Positions 47,702 to 61,100 of a stretch of 64,000 bases of DNA are shown piece after piece; positions within the stretch are counted from its first letter, which is position 1, and every line of letters starts with the position of its first letter. The notes under the pieces are model-generated. The model saw only the letters and a program-made list of their open reading frames with translations, searched no databases and had not been told where the DNA came from. This DNA comes from Flectonema sp. DT1601 (taxonomy: Eukaryota), in NCBI GenBank assembly GCA_964019425.1, contig OZ025801.1, positions 248,001 to 312,000 of the forward strand, in the 5' to 3' direction. Made by a program: the position numbers and the translations under genes.

Positions 47702-49392
47702 AAAGATTCTAGACCTGAATCCGAAAAGAGTTGTGGTGCAAAATGCTGTTGTGGAGATCTGTTTTTGTGATCGATGTTTTTTTTTTTTTTTTTTTTAATT
47801 TATAAATCTGTAAAGGTCAAAAATAGAGAACTAATATATCTGTGATCTTTTAATAATCACAATTAACAACGGTAGACGGGGAAAAAAAGAAAAAAAAAAA
47901 AAAAAAAAGAGTTAACGACTTTTTGGATTCTTAATTGTGCTCAAAACGAGGGAATTCAAGCGGGACTCTCAAAACTTTCTCCCCCTTTTTTTTATTATGA
48001 ACATGAAACTTAAAGTAACTACATTCCAGTCCTGCAAACTGGAATGACTACTCAGTCTCAACATTTGACTGACTTACTTCAACCATAACTGATGAGAGAG
48101 AATAGAGATGGAATACTCTCGAAACTCATAGTTACTTTATTATGTTAAGTTACGCATCACCCTTAGTCACTGTATCTAAAACTGATGTTAAATTATCTTC
48201 ATGTTTTTATGATACAACACAGTTGTAATTTTCACAAAATCGAACATACAAACCCCCCCCCCCCCCCCCCCCTTTTTTTTTTTATAAATAAAGACTAAAC
48301 CTAACATATGTGAAGAAGAGACAACGCTGCGATGTTTGCGGCACCAAAATTGAATCTGCGCTTCACATCAAAAGAAGTGCGCAATGAATACCTTGTCCTC
48401 ATTACAATGTACTTTAGAATATTCTCGAAACGTTTTACTTTTTGTTTATAACAAAAGAGTGTGCTGCTTGTAGTGTGCTACGAACTGGCTATAACAAGAA
48501 CTGTTTTTTCTCTCTCTTTCTTTTAACTTTGTTTAAGTATAATTTGTAACGGACTACAGGGCATGGGACGCTCAATCTGATAATACGGTCCCTGAATTAC
48601 CACGACAACGTCTTTTAGTTAATAAGACAAACATATAATTTCCCCTTTTTTATGTTTTCTTTTTTTCTAAACGTACCTTTTCTTTGATTAATAACTACAA
48701 ATACTTTTTCAGTCAAGTACTTGATATTAATTTTGTTTTTCATACCAAAAGTTGTTTCAAAGTTTCACCCCCCCATTTTTTTTTCTTTGGATTTTTTTTC
48801 CCAACGAAAAACACATATATTTACCTCTCTCTTCCCCCCTGAATCGTTATGTTGTTTATGATACAATACATTTGTATTTTACGTACAAACTCGAACAGTT
48901 AACCCCCCTGAATTATAATATAATATTTTTCAGTCAAGTACTTGATATTAATTTTGTTTTCTTTAATATCTAAAGTTGTTACTGTTTTTACATTGTCAAA
49001 GTTTCACCCCCTGAATTATACTACTTCTACGTCTTCTTATGGTTTTCTTTTATTCTAAGCGTGTCTTTTTTCCGATTAACAACCACAAAACTAAATATTC
49101 TTTTCACTCAGGAAGCTTTGATATTAATTTAGTATTAGTGCGGTCGTTACTTTGTCAAAGTCCCACCCCAACGATTACGTTGTGTTATCACCTTTTGTTT
49201 TATAAAGGCTTGTCATGGAATTGTTTACACATAAAAAAAAAACAAAGTGTGAGAATAATTTAGTGACGTGATGCCCATTTTTTTTTCATTCTTTTTTGAT
49301 ATTTAAGAAAACCAAAATGCAAAGTGATGTGCTTTGGCCTTGTTTTTTTTTCCTCTTTTTTTTTCTTTCTACGTTTGTTTCTTTTCTCTCTC

Positions 49393-49426
<34 letters not shown>

Positions 49427-51340
49427 TTATCGCAAAAAAAAAAAAAAAAAAAAAAAAAGAAAAACAATAACAGTGGTTCTGGATACTAATAATGACATTA
49501 TTTTTGTTATTGCACAAGTTGTGATCTTTTAATCAAAGATGTTTTTTAGCTAACTCCAAATCTTCTGTCATATTTACTCAGTTTGAACTTTATATTATAG
49601 TGCTGTTTTTTTGTTTCTTCTTCTACGTTTTTTGTTTAAAAAAATATCACCACCGGCTGTTCGTTATTATTATTTTGTTGATAGAGGTATCTCTGTGTGG
49701 GCAGTACCAGTTTGTGCCCACTGCAGGTCAGGAATTTCTTCGTTCCTGTACCCAATCATTACTTCTTGTATCTGTAACACTCAATAGTCACACTTTAGTA
49801 TAGCGTTAGTACAGAGGACACGGACCTGCTGTGAAGGGAACTTGAACTCGTTCAACTAATTAACGTGCGTTAATATAAGGCGCGCGAATTGACGTGTCTG
49901 AAGTTATGCTTTCCGAAGAGAGCGACCCGTAATGGTTGGGTTCTTAAGGTTCTCTGGATTAGTTGCTTGCTAATGCGAATACTGACATTTGTTTGATTTC
50001 CCCTTCCGGTGAAATTCTTTTTGGGTACAGGCACCGGAGAAAGCAAAAAAAAAAAATTCAAAATTCAAAATTTGATTTTGTTGTGGATTTCTCAGGTCCT
50101 CAACTTGCGTTCGTTTTCGGCCGTCTCGTACACGTGGTCTGGGTAGTCGTTGTACCCCCCGTGAGCTTCCTCGGAAGAAGTTTTGACTTCCGACTTCAAA
50201 AATAAAAGTACTCCCGACAAGAAGACATCGGAGGAGTACTTTGTTTTACATTCGCGCCTTAACGGGGTTGTGACTGTTACCCATTTAATGACCTGGTTAA
50301 ATGTGATATCTTATACTCTCTTTGATACAATTTATAAATTATTATTCCTCCTCAACTCGACGATTAGACAGGACATCTGACTGTGTTGTCGAGGAGGTGT
50401 GTTCGCATTCATTCTTTTGATTTGCCTGCAGAAAGTACTTAGTCAGAATCTGGTTATGAGTTTCTAGAAAAAAAACAAAACAAAAAACAAAAACTTCTTC
50501 TCATCACGGGTTTCGATAAAAGTATAAGTCGATCTCTAGCATCGATTCATTGTCGTTGTCTGAACTTTTGTTCACCCCCTTCTCATACTACGTGTCCCCC
50601 GAATGGTCTACAATCGGACAAAGTGGAAAAATCGTATCAACAAGGTGCACTAATAGTTTATAATTTTTTGTTTCTTCCTTCGACGTTCAGACGTCGAGGA
50701 GGATAATTTTTTTTTTGATTTTTTTTAAAAAAAATTATCTGTTTTACTTATTTACTTATTTATTTGTTATTCTTTTTTTTAATAATAATACAGCACTCCA
50801 GCTTTTTTTTTTTTCTTTTTCTGTTTGTTCCTCTCTTTGGTTGTGAAACCGAATGACTGGCGCCAAGTAAGCTACTTCAGAAGTTTTGGCTTCCCTGACT
50901 TCGATACATAAATACAATACTTTTTTCTGTTTGTTCCTGTTTGTTTACCGCCATCATTGATTCGGATACCTAACTGTACAAAAGATTAAAGAGCTTTCCA
51001 GGGTAATTGTCTCTGTCCGCTTGATGCATTTCAAGGGACAATCATTCCTTCAAAAAGAGACGACTACGTCATCCGGGGCCGGTGGACATGGTCGACAGGA
51101 TCGTCACTGTGTTGCCACTTCAGTTCTCTGCATTCAGGTTGCGGAATGCTTCTTTTAATATTTCCCTTTTGGTTGCTTTACTTGTTTAGTACAACGACAG
51201 AGATCCTACTTTGGAAGTTTGTATTTTACCTTCTGGCCTCAAATCATGGTTACTGTTCACAACTGATGTCGTGGTTATCACGCAATAATATTGGTTAAGC
51301 GTGTTGTGTTTCTTTTTTTTTTCTTTTTTTTCTTCACCCT

Positions 51341-51375
<35 letters not shown>

Positions 51376-52118
51376 GCATCAGTAGAGCTGAATTCGAATC
51401 GATACCTGCGGCCACAAGTCGGGAAACAACTCGAAATTCGTCCCATACCGAGGTTTGCGGACCCCCAGGGTCACAGTCAGGTCAGAGCCAGATCATATAG
51501 GTTCGGTATATTTTGGGCCATAACCCCCTTTTTTTTTTTTTTTGAAAAAAATCAAACAATTAACCTCCCCAAATAAAACGTAACCGAAAGGATGGATTTC
51601 TGACTTCGATAAAAATTAATAAATAATTCGGAATGTCATTTTATCGGAAGAATCTTGTGAATGGAAAAAAAAAAAAAAAGAAAAATCTTTTCCCTCTTTT
51701 GTTTATAACTATCTTACAGTCATTTCTGACAACAACATATTTTTTTTTATGTTGCTGTGGGTATATTCGAATGTTCTTGTTGGCTAACTAACTAAACTAA
51801 ACTAAACTTGTTGGAATTTAAAGTTTTTTTGGAAAAAAAAAAAAAAAAGAAAAAGAAATCATCAACATTTCCTTGTTGAAATTATTTCTTTGATAACTAA
51901 GGAAAAGAAAAGAAAAAAAAAAACAATACGTGAACGATGTTAACAGTTGTGTAACTTTAAACCGTGTTTTTGTGATTCTATCGTGTTTTGTTAGATATAT
52001 TCGTGAGTGCAGTTGGTAATTATCATTAAGCTTTATTTTATTATCTTAAATAAAAATAAAATTACTTTCTTCTCCTCTCAGATACGTAACAGTCCGCTAT
52101 ACGGACCAGCAATAACTA

Positions 52119-55100
52119 ATGCCAAAGAGAATTGGAAAATACGAGTTGGGAAAGACCCTTGGGTCGGGAACCTTTTCGAAGGTTAAATACGGAACTGATA
52201 CAGAGACTGGAGGAGCGTATGCAATTAAGGTATGAATTACTTGTTATCTTTTTTATTATTTAATTGTTTAGTAACTATTAGATGTTGATGCAGGCAGTTG
52301 AGTCGCATTCCTGTTGACCCAGTGCTGGAATGTGAATTATGCTCCTGCGAGACAACTGACAGCTCGCTCAAAAAGAAAGAAGGGAAAGCAGGCAGTTGAG
52401 TCGCATTCCTGTTGACCCAGTGCTGGAATGTGAATTATGCTCCTGCGAGACAACTGACAGCTCGCTCAAAAAGAAAGAAGGGAAAGCAGGCAGTTGAGTC
52501 GCATTCCTGTTGACCCAGTGCTGGAATGTGAATTATGCTCCTGCGAGACAACAGACAGCTCGCTTAAAAAGAAAGAAGGGAAAGCAGGCAGTTGAGTCGC
52601 ATTCCTGTTGACCCAGTGCTGGAATGTGAATTATGCTCCTGCGAGACAACAGACAGCTCGCTTAAAAGAGAAAAGGGAAAGCAGGCAGTTGAGTCGCATT
52701 CCTGTTGACCCAGTGCTGGAATGTGAATTATGCTCCTGCGAGACAACAGACAGCTCGCTCAAAAAGAAAGAAGGGAAAGCAGGCAGTTGAGTCGCATTCC
52801 TGTTGACCCAGTGCTGGAATGTGAATTATGCTCCTGCGAGACAACAGACAGCTCGCTTAAAAGAGAAAAGGGAAAGCAGGCAGTTGAGTCGCATTCCTGT
52901 TGACCCAGTGCTGGAATGTGAATTATGCTCCTGCGAGACAACAGACAGCTCGCTCAAAAAGAAAGAAGGGAAAGCAGGCAGTTGAGTCGCATTCCTGTTG
53001 ACCCAGTGCTGGAATGTGAATTATGCTCCTGCGAGACAACAGACAGCTCGCTTAAAAAGAAAGAAGGGAAAGCAGGCAGTTGAGTCGCATTCCTGTTGAC
53101 CCAGTGCTGGAATGTGAATTATGCTCCTGCGAGACAACAGACAGCTCGCTTAAAAGAGAAAAGGGAAAGCAGGCAGTTGAGTCGCATTCCTGTTGACCCA
53201 GTGCTGGAATGTGAATTATGCTCCTGCGAGACAACAGACAGCTCGCTTAAAAAGAAAGAAGGGAAAGCAGGCAGTTGAGTCGCATTCCTGTTGACCCAGT
53301 GCTGGAATGTGAATTATGCTCCTGCGAGACAACAGACAGCTCGCTTAAAAGAGAAAAGGGAAAGCAGGCAGTTGAGTCGCATTCCTGTTGACCCAGTGCT
53401 GGAATGTGAATTATGCTCCTGCGAGACAACAGACAGCTCGCTTAAAAAGAAAGAAGGGAAAGCAGGCAGTTGAGTCGCATTCCTGTTGACCCAGTGCTGG
53501 AATGTGAATTATGCTCCTGCGAGACAACAGACAGCTCGCTCAAAAAGAAAGAAGGGAAAGCAGGCAGTTGAGTCGCATTCCTGTTGACCCAGTGCTGGAA
53601 TGTGAATTATGCTCCTGCGAGACAACAGACAGCTCGCTCAAAAAGAAAGAAGGGAAAGCAGGCAGTTGAGTCGCATTCCTGTTGACCCAGTGCTGGAATG
53701 TGAATTATGCTCCTGCGAGACAACAGACAGCTCGCTTAAAAGAGAAAAGGGAAAGCAGGCAGTTGAGTCGCATTCCTGTTGACCCAGTGCTGGAATGTGA
53801 ATTATGCTCCTGCGAGACAACAGACAGCTCGCTCAAAAAGAAAGAAGGGAAAGCAGGCAGTTGAGTCGCATTCCTGTTGACCCAGTGCTGGAATGTGAAT
53901 TATGCTCCTGCGAGACAACAGACAGCTCGCTCAAAAAGAAAGAAGGGAAAGCAGGCAGTTGAGTCGCATTCCTGTTGACCCAGTGCTGGAATGTGAATTA
54001 TGCTCCTGCGAGACAACAGACAGCTCGCTTAAAAAGAAAGAAGGGAAAGCAGGCAGTTGAGTCGCATTCCTGTTGACCCAGTGCTGGAATGTGAATTATG
54101 CTCCTGCGAGACAACAGACAGCTCGCTTAAAAAGAGAAAAGGGAAAGCAGGCAGTTGAGTCGCATTCCTGTTGACCCAGTGCTGGAATGTGAATTATGCT
54201 CCTGCGAGACAACAGACAGCTCGCTTAAAAAGAGAAAAGGGAAAGCAGGCAGTTGAGTCGCATTCCTGTTGACCCAGTGCTGGAATGTGAATTATGCTCC
54301 TGCGAGACAACAGACAGCTCGCTCAAAAAGAAAGAAGGGAAAGCAGGCAGTTGAGTCGCATTCCTGTTGACCCAGTGCTGGAATGTGAATTATGCTCCTG
54401 CGAGACAACAGACAGCTCGCTTAAAAAGAAAGAAGGGAAAGCAGGCAGTTGAGTCGCATTCCTGTTGACCCAGTGCTGGAATGTGAATTATGCTCCTGCG
54501 AGACAACAGACAGCTCGCTCAAAAAGAAAGAAGGGAAAGCAGGCAGTTGAGTCGCATTCCTGTTGACCCAGTGCTGGAATGTGAATTATGCTCCTGCGAG
54601 ACAACAGACAGCTCGCTCAAAAAGAAAGAAGGGAAAGCAGGCAGTTGAGTCGCATTCCTGTTGACCCAGTGCTGGAATGTGAATTATGCTCCTGCGAGAC
54701 AACAGACAGCTCGCTTAAAAGAGAAAAGGGAAAGCAGGCAGTTGAGTCGCATTCCTGTTGACCCAGTGCTGGAATGTGAATTATGCTCCTGCGAGACAAC
54801 AGACAGCTCGCTCAAAAAGAAAGAAGGGAAAGCAGGCAGTTGAGTCGCATTCCTGTTGACCCAGTGCTGGAATGTGAATTATGCTCCTGCGAGACAACAG
54901 ACAGCTCGCTCAAAAAGAAAGAAGGGAAAGCAGGCAGTTGAGTCGCATTCCTGTTGACCCAGTGCTGGAATGTGAATTATGCTCCTGCGAGACAACAGAC
55001 AGCTCGCTTAAAAAGAAAGAAGGGAAAGCAGGCAGTTGAGTCGCATTCCTGTTGACCCAGTGCTGGAATGTGAATTATGCTCCTGCGAGACAACAGACAG

Positions 55101-58100
55101 CTCGCTTAAAAAGAGAAAAGGGAAAGCAGGCAGTTGAGTCGCATTCCTGTTGACCCAGTGCTGGAATGTGAATTATGCTCCTGCGAGACAACAGACAGCT
55201 CGCTTAAAAAGAGAAAAGGGAAAGCAGGCAGTTGAGTCGCATTCCTGTTGACCCAGTGCTGGAATGTGAATTATGCTCCTGCGAGACAACAGACAGCTCG
55301 CTCAAAAAGAAAGAAGGGAAAGCAGGCAGTTGAGTCGCATTCCTGTTGACCCAGTGCTGGAATGTGAATTATGCTCCTGCGAGACAACAGACAGCTCGCT
55401 TAAAAAGAAAGAAGGGAAAGCAGGCAGTTGAGTCGCATTCCTGTTGACCCAGTGCTGGAATGTGAATTATGCTCCTGCGAGACAACAGACAGCTCGCTCA
55501 AAAAGAAAGAAGGGAAAGCAGGCAGTTGAGTCGCATTCCTGTTGACCCAGTGCTGGAATGTGAATTATGCTCCTGCGAGACAACAGACAGCTCGCTTAAA
55601 AGAGAAAAGGGAAAGCAGGCAGTTGAGTCGCATTCCTGTTGACCCAGTGCTGGAATGTGAATTATGCTCCTGCGAGACAACAGACAGCTCGCTCAAAAAG
55701 AAAGAAGGGAAAGCAGGCAGTTGAGTCGCATTCCTGTTGACCCAGTGCTGGAATGTGAATTATGCTCCTGCGAGACAACAGACAGCTCGCTCAAAAAGAA
55801 AGAAGGGAAAGCAGGCAGTTGAGTCGCATTCCTGTTGACCCAGTGCTGGAATGTGAATTATGCTCCTGCGAGACAACAGACAGCTCGCTTAAAAAGAAAG
55901 AAGGGAAAGCAGGCAGTTGAGTCGCATTCCTGTTGACCCAGTGCTGGAATGTGAATTATGCTCCTGCGAGACAACAGACAGCTCGCTTAAAAAGAGAAAA
56001 GGGAAAGCAGGCAGTTGAGTCGCATTCCTGTTGACCCAGTGCTGGAATGTGAATTATGCTCCTGCGAGACAACAGACAGCTCGCTTAAAAAGAGAAAAGG
56101 GAAAGCAGGCAGTTGAGTCGCATTCCTGTTGACCCAGTGCTGGAATGTGAATTATGCTCCTGCGAGACAACAGACAGCTCGCTCAAAAAGAAAGAAGGGA
56201 AAGCAGGCAGTTGAGTCGCATTCCTGTTGACCCAGTGCTGGAATGTGAATTATGCTCCTGCGAGACAACAGACAGCTCGCTTAAAAAGAAAGAAGGGAAA
56301 GCAGGCAGTTGAGTCGCATTCCTGTTGACCCAGTGCTGGAATGTGAATTATGCTCCTGCGAGACAACAGACAGCTCGCTCAAAAAGAAAGAAGGGAAAGC
56401 AGGCAGTTGAGTCGCATTCCTGTTGACCCAGTGCTGGAATGTGAATTATGCTCCTGCGAGACAACAGACAGCTCGCTTAAAAGAGAAAAGGGAAAGCAGG
56501 CAGTTGAGTCGCATTCCTGTTGACCCAGTGCTGGAATGTGAATTATGCTCCTGCGAGACAACAGACAGCTCGCTCAAAAAGAAAGAAGGGAAAGCAGGCA
56601 GTTGAGTCGCATTCCTGTTGACCCAGTGCTGGAATGTGAATTATGCTCCTGCGAGACAACACACAGCTCGCTCAAAAAGAAAGAAGGGAAAGCAGGCAGT
56701 TGAGTCGCATTCCTGTTGACCCAGTGCTGGAATGTGAATTATGCTCCTGCGAGACAACAGACAGCTCGCTTAAAAAGAAAGAAGGGAAAGCAGGCAGTTG
56801 AGTCGCATTCCTGTTGACCCAGTGCTGGAATGTGAATTATGCTCCTGCGAGACAACAGACAGCTCGCTTAAAAAGAGAAAAGGGAAAGCAGGCAGTTGAG
56901 TCGCATTCCTGTTGACCCAGTGCTGGAATGTGAATTATGCTCCTGCGAGACAACAGACAGCTCGCTTAAAAAGAGAAAAGGGAAAGCAGGCAGTTGAGTC
57001 GCATTCCTGTTGACCCAGTGCTGGAATGTGAATTATGCTCCTGCGAGACAACAGACAGCTCGCTTAAAAAGAAAGAAGGGAAAGCAGGCAGTTGAGTCGC
57101 ATTCCTGTTGACCCAGTGCTGGAATGTGAATTATGCTCCTGCGAGACAACAGACAGCTCGCTTAAAAGAGAAAAGGGAAAGCAGGCAGTTGAGTCGCATT
57201 CCTGTTGACCCAGTGCTGGAATGTGAATTATGCTCCTGCGAGACAACAGACAGCTCGCTTAAAAAGAAAGAAGGGAAAGCAGGCAGTTGAGTCGCATTCC
57301 TGTTGACCCAGTGCTGGAATGTGAATTATGCTCCTGCGAGACAACAGACAGCTCGCTCAAAAAGAAAGAAGGGAAAGCAGGCAGTTGAGTCGCATTCCTG
57401 TTGACCCAGTGCTGGAATGTGAATTATGCTCCTGCGAGACAACAGACAGCTCGCTCAAAAAGAAAGAAGGGAAAGCAGGCAGTTGAGTCGCATTCCTGTT
57501 GACCCAGTGCTGGAATGTGAATTATGCTCCTGCGAGACAACAGACAGCTCGCTTAAAAGAGAAAAGGGAAAGCAGGCAGTTGAGTCGCATTCCTGTTGAC
57601 CCAGTGCTGGAATGTGAATTATGCTCCTGCGAGACAACAGACAGCTCGCTCAAAAAGAAAGAAGGGAAAGCAGGCAGTTGAGTCGCATTCCTGTTGACCC
57701 AGTGCTGGAATGTGAATTATGCTCCTGCGAGACAACAGACAGCTCGCTCAAAAAGAAAGAAGGGAAAGCAGGCAGTTGAGTCGCATTCCTGTTGACCCAG
57801 TGCTGGAATGTGAATTATGCTCCTGCGAGACAACAGACAGCTCGCTTAAAAAGAAAGAAGGGAAAGCAGGCAGTTGAGTCGCATTCCTGTTGACCCAGTG
57901 CTGGAATGTGAATTATGCTCCTGCGAGACAACAGACAGCTCGCTTAAAAAGAGAAAAGGGAAAGCAGGCAGTTGAGTCGCATTCCTGTTGACCCAGTGCT
58001 GGAATGTGAATTATGCTCCTGCGAGACAACAGACAGCTCGCTTAAAAAGAGAAAAGGGAAAGCAGGCAGTTGAGTCGCATTCCTGTTGACCCAGTGCTGG

Positions 58101-61100
58101 AATGTGAATTATGCTCCTGCGAGACAACAGACAGCTCGCTCAAAAAGAAAGAAGGGAAAGCAGGCAGTTGAGTCGCATTCCTGTTGACCCAGTGCTGGAA
58201 TGTGAATTATGCTCCTGCGAGACAACAGACAGCTCGCTTAAAAAGAAAGAAGGGAAAGCAGGCAGTTGAGTCGCATTCCTGTTGACCCAGTGCTGGAATG
58301 TGAATTATGCTCCTGCGAGACAACAGACAGCTCGCTCAAAAAGAAAGAAGGGAAAGCAGGCAGTTGAGTCGCATTCCTGTTGACCCAGTGCTGGAATGTG
58401 AATTATGCTCCTGCGAGACAACAGACAGCTCGCTTAAAAAGAGAAAAGGGAAAGCAGGCAGTTGAGTCGCATTCCTGTTGACCCAGTGCTGGAATGTGAA
58501 TTATGCTCCTGCGAGACAACAGACAGCTCGCTTAAAAAGAGAAAAGGGAAAGCAGGCAGTTGAGTCGCATTCCTGTTGACCCAGTGCTGGAATGTGAATT
58601 ATGCTCCTGCGAGACAACAGACAGCTCGCTCAAAAAGAGAAAAGGGAAAGCAGGCAGTTGAGTCGCATTCCTGTTGACCCAGTGCTGGAATGTGAATTAT
58701 GCTCCTGCGAGACAACAGACAGCTCGCTTAAAAAGAGAAAAGGGAAAGCAGGCAGTTGAGTCGCATTCCTGTTGACCCAGTGCTGGAATGTGAATTATGC
58801 TCCTGCGAGACAACAGACAGCTCGCTCAAAAAGAGAAAAGGGAAAGCAGACAGTTGAGTCGCATTCCTGTTGACCCAGTGCTGGAATGTGAATTATGCTC
58901 CTGCGAGACAACAGACAGCTCGCTCAAAAAGAAAGAAGGGAAAGCAGGCAGTTGAGTCGCATTCCTGTTGACCCAGTGCTGGAATGTGAATTATGCTCCT
59001 GCGAGACAACAGACAGCTCGCTTAAAAAGAGAAAAGGGAAAGCAGGCAGTTGAGTCGCATTCCTGTTGACCCAGTGCTGGAATGTGAATTATGCTCCTGC
59101 GAGACAACAGACAGCTCGCTTAAAAAGAAAGAAGGGAAAGCAGGCAGTTGAGTCGCATTCCTGTTGACCCAGTGCTGGAATGTGAATTATGCTCCTGCGA
59201 GACAACAGACAGCTCGCTCAAAAAGAAAGAAGGGAAAGCAGGCAGTTGAGTCGCATTCCTGTTGACCCAGTGCTGGAATGTGAATTATGCTCCTGCGAGA
59301 CAACAGACAGCTCGCTCAAAAAGAAAGAAGGGAAAGCAGGCAGTTGAGTCGCATTCCTGTTGACCCAGTGCTGGAATGTGAATTATGCTCCTGCGAGACA
59401 ACAGACAGCTCGCTTAAAAAGAGAAAAGGGAAAGCAGGCAGTTGAGTCGCATTCCTGTTGACCCAGTGCTGGAATGTGAATTATGCTCCTGCGAGACAAC
59501 AGACAGCTCGCTCAAAAAGAGAAAAGGGAAAGCAGGCAGTTGAGTCGCATTCCTGTTGACCCAGTGCTGGAATGTGAATTATGCTCCTGCGAGACAACAG
59601 ACAGCTCGCTTAAAAAGAGAAAAGGGAAAGCAGGCAGTTGAGTCGCATTCCTGTTGACCCAGTGCTGGAATGTGAATTATGCTCCTGCGAGACAACAGAC
59701 AGCTCGCTCAAAAAGAGAAAAGGGAAAGCAGACAGTTGAGTCGCATTCCTGTTGACCCAGTGCTGGAATGTGAATTATGCTCCTGCGAGACAACAGACAG
59801 CTCGCTCAAAAAGAAAGAAGGGAAAGCAGGCAGTTGAGTCGCATTCCTGTTGACCCAGTGCTGGAATGTGAATTATGCTCCTGCGAGACAACAGACAGCT
59901 CGCTCAAAAAGAAAGAAGGGAAAGCAGGCAGTTGAGTCGCATTCCTGTTGACCCAGTGCTGGAATGTGAATTATGCTCCTGCGAGACAACAGACAGCTCG
60001 CTTAAAAAGAAAGAAGGGAAAGCAGGCAGTTGAGTCGCATTCCTGTTGACCCAGTGCTGGAATGTGAATTATGCTCCTGCGAGACAACAGACAGCTCGCT
60101 TAAAAAGAGAAAAGGGAAAGCAGGCAGTTGAGTCGCATTCCTGTTGACCCAGTGCTGGAATGTGAATTATGCTCCTGCGAGACAACAGACAGCTCGCTTA
60201 AAAAGAGAAAAGGGAAAGCAGGCAGTTGAGTCGCATTCCTGTTGACCCAGTGCTGGAATGTGAATTATGCTCCTGCGAGACAACAGACAGCTCGCTCAAA
60301 AAGAAAGAAGGGAAAGCAGGCAGTTGAGTCGCATTCCTGTTGACCCAGTGCTGGAATGTGAATTATGCTCCTGCGAGACAACAGACAGCTCGCTCAAAAA
60401 GAAAGAAGGGAAAGCAGGCAGTTGAGTCGCATTCCTGTTGACCCAGTGCTGGAATGTGAATTATGCTCCTGCGAGACAACAGACAGCTCGCTCAAAAAGA
60501 AAGAAGGGAAAGCAGGCAGTTGAGTCGCATTCCTGTTGACCCAGTGCTGGAATGTGAATTATGCTCCTGCGAGACAACAGACAGCTCGCTTAAAAAGAGA
60601 AAAGGGAAAGCAGGCAGTTGAGTCGCATTCCTGTTGACCCAGTGCTGGAATGTGAATTATGCTCCTGCGAGACAACAGACAGCTCGCTCAAAAAGAGAAA
60701 AGGGAAAGCAGGCAGTTGAGTCGCATTCCTGTTGACCCAGTGCTGGAATGTGAATTATGCTCCTGCGAGACAACAGACAGCTCGCTTAAAAAGAGAAAAG
60801 GGAAAGCAGGCAGTTGAGTCGCATTCCTGTTGACCCAGTGCTGGAATGTGAATTATGCTCCTGCGAGACAACAGACAGCTCGCTCAAAAAGAAAGAAGGG
60901 AAAGCAGGCAGTTGAGTCGCATTCCTGTTGACCCAGTGCTGGAATGTGAATTATGCTCCTGCGAGACAACAGACAGCTCGCTTAAAAAGAGAAAAGGGAA
61001 AGCAGGCAGTTGAGTCGCATTCCTGTTGACCCAGTGCTGGAATGTGAATTATGCTCCTGCGAGACAACAGACAGCTCGCTCAAAAAGAGAAAAGGGAAAG

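Noticed and set aside
10600..51600. Many 60-110-aa Phe/Lys-rich ORFs in intergenic DNA
   Set aside because: They are translations of poly(T)/poly(A) tracts, mostly with non-ATG starts and no coding signal.
43795..52355. Functional link between METTL5 and the predicted 18S guide-RNA array ~8 kb away
   Set aside because: Both would act on SSU rRNA, but an unrelated gene lies between them and neighbours here are functionally mixed. Proximity alone is not evidence.
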